64,000 bases of DNA from the human T2T-CHM13v2.0 reference genome, Homo sapiens: NCBI RefSeq assembly GCF_009914755.1, contig NC_060936.1; one strand, given 5' to 3'. A model generated the notes under the pieces. That model was given only the letters and a program-made list of their open reading frames with translations, ran no database searches and was not told where the DNA came from. Position numbers and translations under genes: made by a program. This document shows positions 51,990-64,000 of this stretch, one piece after another; the stretch's first letter is position 1; the number at the start of each line of letters is the position of its first letter.

Positions 51990-52460
51990 AGAATATTATT
52001 CTGCCTTTAAAAAGAAGAAAATCCTGCCATTTATAAAACATGGAAGCTGCGGGACATTTTGCTAAGTGAGATAAGTCAGAAACAGAAAGACACTGAAGGA
52101 GCTCACTTATAGGTGGCGCCTATGAAAGTCTAACTCATAGTAAGAGTAGAATGATTGCTACTAGGTCAAGTGCAGGGAAGAACTGGGTTGATTTGGTTAA
52201 AGGATGAAAAATTTCAAGTCTGTATGATGAATACATTCTAGTATGTTCAGTATGGCAACTATGTATAGGTAGTTATACTCTATTTGCAAACTTGAAATTT
52301 GCTAAAAGAGTACATCTTAAGTGTTCTCACAACAAAGAAAAAATGGTAACTTCATAAGGCAATGAATATGTCAATATGTCACTTGAGTGGAGTAATTATT
52401 TCACAACGTGTGTGTGTGTAAACATTACATTGTTCAAGTTAAATAAATGTAATTTAAAAA
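51990..52460 (+). mobile_element. L1M 3' fragment
   Basis: gaatattattctgcctttaaaaagaagaaaatcctgccattt…gctaagtgagataagtcag…aaatttgctaaaagagta. Confidence 0.75.
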
Positions 52461-52569
52461 ATCAAACAAAAATTGTGTACCATCCATACTAAGAGGTAGT
52501 ATACAGCCACTAGAAAGAATGAAGTAGCTCTGCATTTGCTGAGATACAACAATCTCCAAGGAACAATTA

Positions 52570-52930
<361 letters not shown>

Positions 52931-53106
52931 TTATAGTATTTTTCCATTTGTGAATGCTGTAAACAGTCCTGTCTCCAGAGATGTTCACCTTGGTCATTTG
53001 GTTAAGGCAGTGAGTGCCAGGTTTATCCACTATCAGGTTAGCATATATTCTTTGTCATCAATATGTATCTTTTGAGGAGATGCTTTCAGACCATTTAAAC
53101 ATCCAC

Positions 53107-53405
53107 GGCCAGGCATAATGGCTCACACCTGTAATCCTAGCACTTTGGGATGCCAAGATGGGAGGACTGCTTGATCCCAGGAGTTTGAGACCAGGTTGGG
53201 CAACATGGTGAGATCCTATCTCTACAAAAATTTACAAATTATCCAATGAGAGGCACATACCTGTGGCCCCAGCTACTTGAGTGGCTGAGGTGAGAGGATC
53301 ACTGGAGCCCAGGAGGTTGAAACTGGAGTGAGCCATGGTCACACCACTGCACTCCAGCCTGGGTGACACAGAATGAGACCCTGTTCCCAAACAAAAAAAT
53401 AAATA
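53107..53405 (+). mobile_element. AluJ-like element
   Basis: Alu consensus with A-tail. Confidence 0.9.
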
Positions 53406-53616
53406 AATATCCTGTGAAGAGTCACAAGAGTGAATTTGAAAATTAAATCATTTTCAAATCCACAGATGAATCTTTTGGACTGAAATTTAATGCTTGATAC
53501 ATGGTGAACTTCTAACTCCACCATTGCTTCAGCATTCATCAGAATAATGTTACTTGATTTCTGCAACAGGGAAAATCTTTCCCTTCTCTCCATGTATTTA
53601 TTGACCGTTTATCTCT

Positions 53617-53975
53617 CTGTAATGGACTGAATGTTTCTGTTCCCCCCAAATTTGTGTGTTGAAGGCCTCAAGCCCAGTGCAATGGTATTTGGAGTTGGGG
53701 CCTTTAAAAGGCTGTCGGGTTTAGAGGAGGTCCTGAGGACAGAGCCCTCGTGAGGGGATCAATGTCCTTATAAGAAGAAACACCAGAAAGATTGCTCATT
53801 CTCTCTGCCTTGTGAGGGCGTGGTGAGAAGCTGGCCTTCTGCAGGACAGGAAGTAGGGCTTCACCTGAAAGTGATCAGCTGCCCCTTAATCTAGGACATC
53901 CCATCTCCAGAACCATGAGAAATAAAGGTTTGTTGTTCAACAACTCAGTCTATAGCAGTCCGGACTGACTAAGAC
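53617..53975 (+). mobile_element. MLT1A-like MaLR LTR
   Basis: tgtaatggactgaatgttt…ccccccaaattt…tccagaaccatgagaaataaa…gactaagaca. Confidence 0.8.
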
Positions 53976-54717
53976 ATCATTAGTCAATCCATCGATATCA
54001 GGATGGGCTCATGGATTCTTACGGTATTCAGCAGGTTGTATTCCTTGATTATCATTATTTTATGCGTAACTGGTTCTGCATTTGCCCAGTGGCCGTACCT
54101 TCAAGCTGGCTTTCGTGTCCTATTGACAAATCTCCATCATTTTTTAGTCTTTCCCTGCTTTTTCATTCCCCCAAAAGTCTTCAGGCTCATCTGTTCTTTT
54201 CCTGTGCCAGCCCTGCTCAGCCATTCCTAGGTGAATGCACTTTTTAATGTGTCAAACCAGGGCCTGGGTAGCTATTGAGTTACGGCCCCTTAGCACTTGC
54301 TTGCAATTGTTTTGCAAATACCACAGCTGAGGTATAGACTATGGATAAGGTGGAACACATCTCATATCTCACAGTATTAAGCCCGATGAGCTTTGTATGT
54401 CTGGCAAGCAGTCTGCGTCTCTCCAGTTTAGAAGCCACTTAGAATTTTGGGGGTTGAACTTCCGTGGGAAGTGGAGAGGGTTCATTTTGAGTAGTCTTCC
54501 GTGAAGACATGCAACTTGCAGAAGGAACCCTCATTCCTATGGTAACAGCCTGATCTAGACCGTCTCTGCTTCTCTTCCCTCTTCTTACCCCCTGCCACCT
54601 TTCCTTTGAGTGGCATGCGTCTTGCATGGGGCTGTTTAAGGGGTCTGTATAATGCACAACTCCAGACGCGTCCCTCCTTTGCTTTTGGGAAAGCTGTCAG
54701 ATTTAAAATACTCACTC

Positions 54718-55115
54718 TGTCAAACCCTGACAAAATGAAGCCAGGGAAAACCATGAGAGGAGCCCCTTATGCATATTTGCCTGATAATGAGAACCATCTC
54801 AGGAGACCGCCAGAAACCACAGCCCTGCACCAAGGCCACTGCAACCTTAGACACAACGTGCTCCTGCAGGGGCATCTGCCCAGCTGCCTCGGGCTGTCGC
54901 CACCCTTGTGATTAATTCTTGTAGCCAAGGATGATTATTTTTAAACAACTTATGTAATCATCCTCATTTTACTTTTAAAATCCCTTGTCATCCTTTGTCT
55001 TCCTGAATGCACCCATGGTTGCCTTGCCAGGCATGTTTTGCATTGCAAGGCCCTGCTATTCCTGATTAAACTCAAAATCTTCAGTGCCTCTCTTTGTTTG
55101 TTATTTAGATTGACA
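54718..55115 (+). mobile_element. ERV1-type solo LTR (subfamily uncertain)
   Basis: tgtcaaacc… to …ttatttagattgaca termini, with an ATTAAA signal at ~55065. Confidence 0.5.
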
Positions 55116-57013
55116 CCTTATAGCTGTCGGTGAGACCCAAACTTAGCTCTCCTTCTGAGGCCCTTCGGGGACTAGTACTGATCATCTTGTGTTTTTATCA
55201 CCCGTTCTCTTTTTCTTCTTTACTTCTTTAAAAAGTTGAGCTTTACAGTGTTAGGCACAAAGGCTTTTTCTAATGAAAGTATAAGTGAGTGAGTGAGAGC
55301 AGGTAGGTTAGGTTGGAACTTCCTTTTGCAATGGAATTGGACAGGGAGGGCCACATTTTTGGTGACCCCAGAAAATCTTGTCTGGAATTGTTTTTTGCCC
55401 GCTTTTGAAGATCTCTTCCAATGAGTATAACGTTACTGTGGTTGAATGGTCAAAGCCTTCTAGGCAGATAGCAATTGATGAAGGTACGAAACTAGATAAA
55501 TCCAATCTCAATCTCTTGGTTACACTCCATTACAGCTACCAGAAAGGACTTCTTGAGGTGACTTTTTATCCCCACAGAGCTTTTGGAAATCTGCATACAC
55601 TTGCTAAGCATCCTGTAAATCTCAATTGCAAATACGTGGAGAGGATGTGAGATTTGTGTGTTATTTAGAATGATTTCAATTGCAGTTAGTAGAATATTAT
55701 GTAAAAGTGGCTGAGATTATAGGAATTTATTGTATTGCATAACAGACATTTCAAAAGTGGTCATCTCCAGGTTCTTTCTAATTCAGTGACGCACACCAGC
55801 ATTACTCCAGTGTTTCTATCTTTCCCTTCCATTATGCCCAGTGCATTGGCTGTCATAGTTCAGCTTGTGTCCTCATAGTCACAATATAGCTGCAGCTCTT
55901 CCAGACATCACAGACTCACCCATTTATATCCAAAGGCAAGAAGAGGCATGTATGTCCTCATTTATGTCATTTTACCAAAGAACAAAACCTTTCCACAAAT
56001 CCTGTCACCAGTCTTCTCTTTAGATCCCACTGGTACACAGTGGGTCCTAGATTGAGAGACTCTGGGGATGTGCATATTTGACATTATTAAGCTGCATAGA
56101 TGGGAGCAGGTCCTGCGGTTAAGGAAGAGGCGTGAGAGAATGACTGATTGGTAGGCAGCCATGAGTCAGGCCTTCTCTTTCCAGGTGGCATCTGTTGGAT
56201 TCTCTGCATTGTGTGGGGCCCTGTGAGTTTGCACCCCCAGTGGGAGACTTCCTCTTGGTTTCTGGGCTTATCAGGTGGCTTCCTCCAATTGATGTAATTA
56301 GGTGCCACACTAATGAAGTTCCTCATGCACGTGGAGAAGTTCGGGGGTGGCCCGGTACTAGGAATCTGGGGTCAGGTGCTCAGGCAGTGTTTTTAACATC
56401 CTGTCTCCCTGTCCTGGCTCTTTCTCAGGCCTGCCTTTCCTTCCTGGAGGCAAGATAGCCCTGCTAGCAGCTCCCGGCATCCATCTACTGACTTGGCCAC
56501 TGCAGGGAGAAAGCTGCTCTCCCCAGACAGGCCCAGCACAAGTCCCAGGGTGGGTGATCACTGCCTTTGTGTGGCATAACTTAGATTATACATCCACTCT
56601 GAACCAATCACTGTAGCTAGACCCAGAACCAGGGTTCAGACCAGCGCCGCCTGAATGGCTTCGGTAGATAGTGGGAGAGAGGTTCTAGGTGGGCAGCAAA
56701 TGCTGATGGGGACAGGAACTGGAGAGGGCACCAATCCGGTTACCACAGTCTCATGGGTCCTGCTGTCGTGCCATAGGAGTCCGAATGGGATTTTCCAGCT
56801 CCCCACCCTCAGAAATCACTGTCTGGGTACATCACAGTAATATCTGTGGATTTGGCATGGGGCACACATTTTCTTAAACTATCTGGTCAAGAGTTGCTGT
56901 TTTCAAGTTGACAAACCAACACAGATGATGGTTATCACCTTTGTTTTGTGAGAATAACTTCCGCATTATTTTTAGAATGTATAAGAGAGATTGCTTAAGA
57001 AAAAGTAATTATG

Positions 57014-57416
<403 letters not shown>

Positions 57417-58115
57417 TTATGGTGTTAGACGTGCAGAAAGCTTTGCCTTGGCATGGCAGTGTGTGCCTATCTAATACGCCTGTAAAAATCCATTCCATAA
57501 TATAAGTACATAGCGTTTCTTTTTATCCTTTTTGTTGAATTATGCTATCAAATGAGATGTTAAATGCAGGCTCATGGGGTGTGTTTGACAGCTAACAAAG
57601 TGAATATATGAATATATTTCTAACAAAACGTTGCACGGAGCTGTAATCTCTGAATTGTGACAACCTTGGGTGGAATCGTTTTACTAGAATATAATGTACA
57701 AAAGGCCTGAAATATTGTGATAAGAATTTTAAAAGCTGATGCATGCAAAGACCCAATGCACTGGATGAGAAAGGCAGAGAAGGTCTAAATGTAAAATATT
57801 TTAGTGAACGCTCATTGTGAGGACTGAAGGTGAGAATCATGTGATTATAAGAAGGAAAGAAGACAGTGGAAAATAAGCAAGCTTGGAAGTGTCTGTACAG
57901 CTAATGCCAAGCCACAGGAAACAGAAGTTAGCTGAGAGACTCCTTGCATGGGAACTGGGTACACCCACATAGGTCAGCACTGAGGCTCTTTCCTAAGTGG
58001 ACATTGTCAGACATGTTTTCTTATGTGCACTTAAATATACCTGGGAATAAAATTACTGGGTCAACGTGTACGTGGGTCTTCAGCATGATTAAACATTGCC
58101 AAGTGCTTCTTATAA

Positions 58116-58435
<320 letters not shown>

Positions 58436-59799
58436 AAACTTTCAGCAGTTATACTCTTATCCTCACTTCCTGATTTCAGCCTTGGTTATTTTGAACAATC
58501 TGATAGGCATGGAATGGAATCTCATTTAAATTTGTGTTTATCTGACTACTGGTGAAGTTGGGCATTGTCTTAGACGTTTACTAGCCATTTTGTGTTTTCT
58601 GTGAATAACACATTGAAAAGAAAGCCATTCCCCATTCTTCACATGACTGTGACCCACCCAAATATAGGAGAGCCTTGACTTGTGGGACCTGCTGGACAGA
58701 TGGGTCCCGCAGGAGACTCTAAGCAAGATATGAGAGTGCATCTGCAGAGGGGAACCCAGAACGCTGAGATCTTCGGCCCATATCCTGCATGTTAGTCACG
58801 AAATGAGTGATGGTGAATATTTCTCCAATTCCCACTTACGTGTCTCTGTATAAGGTGATGACATTGATTGAAATGGGTGATGACGAAGAAGCTAAACTGC
58901 ATTCTTTTAACTTACCTAGGCAAAAGGTCATCTATCCCTGCAGAATGTTCTAAACTTTTGGGTTAATGATATCTGCATGATTTTTATTTTAACTCAACCT
59001 AATCTGCTTCATTTTATTATTCATTATGTCACCGTGTGAATCCCAACCCGCTCACTGGCAAAGTTTAATTTCTGGGAAGTCTGATTGGCACAACTCAGCC
59101 AAGAGAAGGTTATGGGAAGGGAAGTGATGGGATTTCCAGGGAGCGGGGGGATAACAGCTCAAGGGTCTTCTCAGCTTCCAGAGTCCCCTCCTGCCCATGC
59201 AGAGATTATGATGTAAACATGGCTGAGATTGTAGGAGCTTATCGTATTGCGTAACAAGCATTTTAGAGGTGATGGGCTCTGGGTCTTGTTTCGTTTTGTT
59301 TTGTTTTAATTCAGTGACACACTAGTGTTATTCCAACCTTTCTATCTTTATCCAATGTTTCTGTCCAATACTGTATTGGAGCTGACATCTGAAATGACAC
59401 TTCTCCCCTTTACGGGAGAAGGACTTGGTGGGGACAAGATGGCCATTACAGGTGTTTCTGCCAAGGTAGCCACCACCTTTTCTGTTGGGGTCATTCGTCC
59501 CCACTTCGCTGTTTCTTTTGGAACCAGTAACTGCTAATGAGGCTTCTCCTGGCCTGTGAATAATTTGGGAAAAAATAAATAAGTATTGAGAGTAGAATGG
59601 ATATATTGTCTCCATTTGGATGACATGAACAGCTAAGCAGGAGAAAAACAAAAGTATAGCATTTCCCCACAGCTCCACTCTTACATGTAATTCAAAACAA
59701 AAAAACAATCAGAACTCTAACATGAGCCTCAGAGTCAAATAAATTCTGATTTTCCCCTCATAATATATATTTTATATTGAAGATTGAAAAATTAAATTT

Positions 59800-60041
59800 T
59801 GACTTTTCCCCTTTTTCCTGTTTCCTTTCTTTCCTCTAACTTTTCTCTCCTTTTCTTCTCTCTCCTCCTTCATATCCTTCCCTTCCTCCCTGCCTCTCTC
59901 CCTTCCTTCCCTCCCTTCCTTCCTTCCTTTCCTTCCTTCCCTCCCTTCCTTCCTTCCTTTCCTTCCTTTCCTTTCCTCCTTCCTTCCTTCCTTCCTTCCT
60001 TCCTTCCTTCCTTCCCTCCCTCCCTCCCTCCCTCCCTCCCC
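59800..60041. repeat. Polypyrimidine (CCTT/CCCT)n tract
   Basis: Direct reading. Confidence 0.95.
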
Positions 60042-61201
60042 AGGTGATGATGGGGGCCCTCTCCACTAATGCCCGAAATACATGCTTAGCAAGCTTATTA
60101 CCAACATATTATATGTGCAGTGAATGTTTCAACCTATTGAGTCATGCAGACTTGCTGGTTTTGTTTTTTTTTTTTAAATTATGTCGTGGTGTTACAGGTG
60201 GCCTGTGATGGTACATACATTTGTTCAGTCTGTGGCTAGGAATCCATGGTAGCTTGGAGAAGTAAAGAGGCCCAGGATAGAAATGGGAGTGAGTATATCA
60301 CTGCTGGGCAGCATTGATCAACAGCAGAGGTTGGGCTGTGTGGTAGACTTTATTACAGTTCCAGACTGTTTGCTCCCTCTCTCTGTAAGAGGAGTCTGTG
60401 TCCTTTTCAGTGTCCTGTGACGCTTTGTGTGCCAGTGAGAGAAGTATCCATGACTTCTTATTATGCCTGGCACAGAGTAAGGGATCTCTAAGTGCTAACT
60501 ATTATAGTCATATTTTTTTAATGTAACTTCAAAAGGGAGACCAAAAGAGACATGCATTTATAAAATGAGAGAACACTTTTGTGTGTGTGCATGGAGACAA
60601 AGAATATCTGTATATGATTAATCCGCAAACATAGGGTCTCCATCCTGCCGCACCTCGCACAACATGCTAGAGTACAAACTAGAGTTGAGGGCGGGGAGGA
60701 ACGTGATGGCAAAATGTGAGTGGACCAATCCAATAGCACTCCAACTTCAACAGAGGACATAAAGCAGCTTGCAGCAGTTACCGTTTGATTTAACCATAAA
60801 TAACAGGAGAAGAAGATGTAGGGTGAAGGATTACTTTACTGTTAAAAAAGACTTATCAAAGAAAAAAAGCAAACATGCAAGGAAATTGATTTTATATGGG
60901 GAAGTGCACTAGAGACAGCATCCCTCGTCCAAAGATCAGAGCCCTTAGCAGGTTGGTTTTGCCTTAGCCTTTTGTAGGGAAAAGGAGATAAGCTACAAAG
61001 AGAGTGACTAACAGCTGAGAATATTTTCCAATCATGGCAAGTCTCAGGCACTTAGCTGAAGAGGCAATGTTTACCTTGGTGTCTACCTAGTTTTAGAGTT
61101 TCAGGGAAACAATTCTGGTCTCAGCCAATCACTCAGGAAATGAGAGAGACGTTGGATGGTTTGTGTTTGGCCCTGTCACAGGCAAATAAAAGAGTCACCG
61201 T

Positions 61202-61530
<329 letters not shown>

Positions 61531-61968
61531 TTATGGGAGCCATGAGAAAACACAGACATTATTAAGCCTTTTTTTTTTCCTATCAGCAAAAGGATAAGGA
61601 CAGAAGAATTCAGTAAACAAAGGTTTTTTTTTTTTTTTTTTTTTTTTTCAGGAAGACGAAGCTCAGGTCACATTCATCATGGCTGAACTCCAGGTCACCT
61701 GTGGTGCAGAGAAAGTGGCTGGCTCAGATGTCCAGGCCTGTGAGTAGGAACAATGACGGGGCTTTCTCTGAAGCTTGCATTGCACTTATCCGCAGCGGGG
61801 AAGGGGTTGCGGAATGACCTCTCTCCTTGTGAACTCCAGCAGAGCAGTTTTTCTGTGTATTCGTTTTCTATTTTTCTTGTTATTGTTTTGTTTTCTAATT
61901 TTACAAATTGAAAATGATATATGACCAAGTTTACTCTTCTCTCCTTGGAGACTGAATAATTTTTCAAA

Positions 61969-62242
61969 TCTTCTCTTTCTCATGGACGAATCGTCCCTTC
62001 CTGTGTTTAGAAGTGCAGTGTTGTGTTGAGCATATGGACATGACTGTGAGTCCCTGGATGTCTTCTGTTTCTCATGGAGGAATTGTCCCTTCCTGTGTTT
62101 AGAAGTGCAGTTCTGTGTTGAGCAGACAGACATGACTGTGAGTCCCTGGCCGTCTTCTGTTTCTCGTGGAGGAATTGTCTCTCCCTGTCTTTAGTACTGC
62201 AGTGCTGTGTTGAGCAGACAGACATGGCTGTGAGTCTCTGGG
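61969..62242. repeat. 3 x 92-bp tandem repeat
   Basis: Units start at 61969, 62061 and 62153: tcttctgtttctcatggaggaattgtcccttcctgtgtttagaagtgcag…catgactgtgagtccctgg. Confidence 0.93.
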
Positions 62243-62599
62243 CTTGTGCCCTGGCCCAGTCATTGCCTAGGCAACTCCCTCCCCACGGGCACCTGGCCTC
62301 TCTCCACTTTACTTTCTGAACCTGTAAAATGGGTAGGAGGATGGAGGATGGTACGTCCTACCTCATAGAGCTCATGAGAGGATTGGTACAGATGAAAGCA
62401 CTCGGAACACTGGCTGCAATATGATAGGTCCTCATCCAATGTTAATTACCATTATAATTATAAGCGTCTTTCAAAAGTATTTGTCATAATACCTTTTTAT
62501 GTGGATGGAAAGAGTGATATAAATTTTCCCTGTCATGATGTGAACAGAACCTGGAGCACGCTTGGGTGGAGCCTGGAACTTTGGGTTATTGAAGAGCCT

Positions 62600-63230
62600 G
62601 CTAGCACTAGTTCTAACAGCTGAGATATAGAATCAGTCCAGGTGTCCAATAATACATGAATGGATGAAGTATCCATGCAGATACATGAATTGAAAATGTA
62701 TATACACATACACTTTAAAATTTGTGTATACACAATGGAATACTATTCAGCCATAAAAAGAATGAAATCCTGTCATTCATGGCAAAATGGTTGGAACTGG
62801 AGGACACCGTGCTCAGTAGAACGAGCCAGGAACACGAAGTTAAACGCCTCATGTTCTCACTTATTCGTGGAAGCTTAAAAATGCTGATCTCATAGAAGTA
62901 AAAGGTAGAACAGAAGATCCTAGAGGCTGGGAAGGATTGGAGAAAGGGAGAGATAGGGAGAGATTTGTTAAAGAATACAAAATTACAGCTAGACGGGAGG
63001 AATAATTTCTAGTGTTCTATACCACTGTAGGATGACTACAGTTAACAATAATATATAGTTTTAAATAGCTATAGGGAGGATATTGACAAGGAAATAATAA
63101 GTATTTGAGATGATGGAGATGCAAATCACCCTGATCTGATCACTGTAAAACATATGTATTAAAATTTCCCTGTTTACCCCCATGAAGGTGTACAATTATT
63201 ATGTGTCCATGAAACATAAATAAAGTAAAT
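62600..63230 (+). mobile_element. L1MA-type 3' end
   Basis: caatggaatactattcagccataaaaagaatgaaatcctgtcatt…atacaaaattacagctagacgggaggaataa…aaataaa. Confidence 0.85.
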
Positions 63231-64000
63231 TTTTAAGACTCCAACAAATGCTGAAGTAGGAAATCTATCTGTTTCATGAGGTAATTGACATCAGGCCTCA
63301 GGAGAAGCAGGAATGCTCAGCATGGTAGGCAGGGACCCTCACTGTTACAGTGTCCTCATCACTCACGCTGCCCTGTTAGTGCTTGTGCGGTAGCTTCACT
63401 TAACTGGTCATCCCAGGAGCAGGCCAGACCCAGCAGAAAGCACTGCCTGTTCTTGCTCATGGGTTTACCTACCGCACATGGCTGGGGAGAGCTGAGTGCA
63501 GCTCTTAAGTGAGTCCATCTTCTTGGGTCACAAGGACATTTCAGCTCCAGCTCAGAACACCCCCCAAGTGGGTGCTAAGAATGCGGACTGTAAGATCAGA
63601 AAGTGCAGGAATCATTATGAGACGGTGATAAGAAATGTAATTTTGATCTGACATCTGAAATAAATTAACAAGAACATTTCAATGAAGTCCCTGCAACTGT
63701 TCTTTCTGGCCTCAGTGGTTCATTGTGAGCCACTGTATAAATAAGCAGTAAAAGATGTGCAGGGGAAACTACAGACAGGAATATGTGGTTGCTGAATCAT
63801 CTCAACTTTCCCTGGTGATCAGGTCATGAAGTACGGGTCCTCTTTGTGTCAGCAAACATGTGCCAGCAGCAAGCTTGGTATGTTGATTATTTAAAGTTTT
63901 TTTTTTGTTCCATATAGTCATTTTCAGTAAAGAAATGTTAATAGAAAACATCTTGCTTTAAATGTAGGAGAGAAAATATTTTGGTCAGACAGAAATATGC

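Noticed and set aside
61969-62242. CRISPR-like array
   Set aside because: Contiguous tandem units with no unique spacers, in mammalian DNA with no cas genes.

Overview
Primate (most likely human) genomic DNA with no recognisable intact protein-coding gene. It is dominated by interspersed repeats (about 14 Alus, L1/L2/MIR, MaLR and ERVL LTRs, MER5A, MER20, MADE1). A CpG island at ~8.25-9.4 kb has splice signals suggesting divergent non-coding transcripts. The main feature is a full-length but mutationally dead HERV-E provirus (34540-43208; LTR-PBS(Glu)-gag-pro-pol-env-LTR, ATAA target-site duplication). It lies inside an MLT2A-type LTR (32655-44489, ACCAG TSD), which itself interrupts a MER5A. 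Conceptually removing the provirus reveals that it sits close to the centre of an old AT-rich fold-back palindrome (arms ~32872-33650 and ~43213-43939). This palindrome is accompanied by AT-rich minisatellites and an inverted 62-bp copy of downstream flank. Other short templated duplications occur at 49.4-51.2 kb. Repeat subfamily names come from recalled consensus sequences, and boundaries of old repeats are approximate. I could not identify the locus by name.
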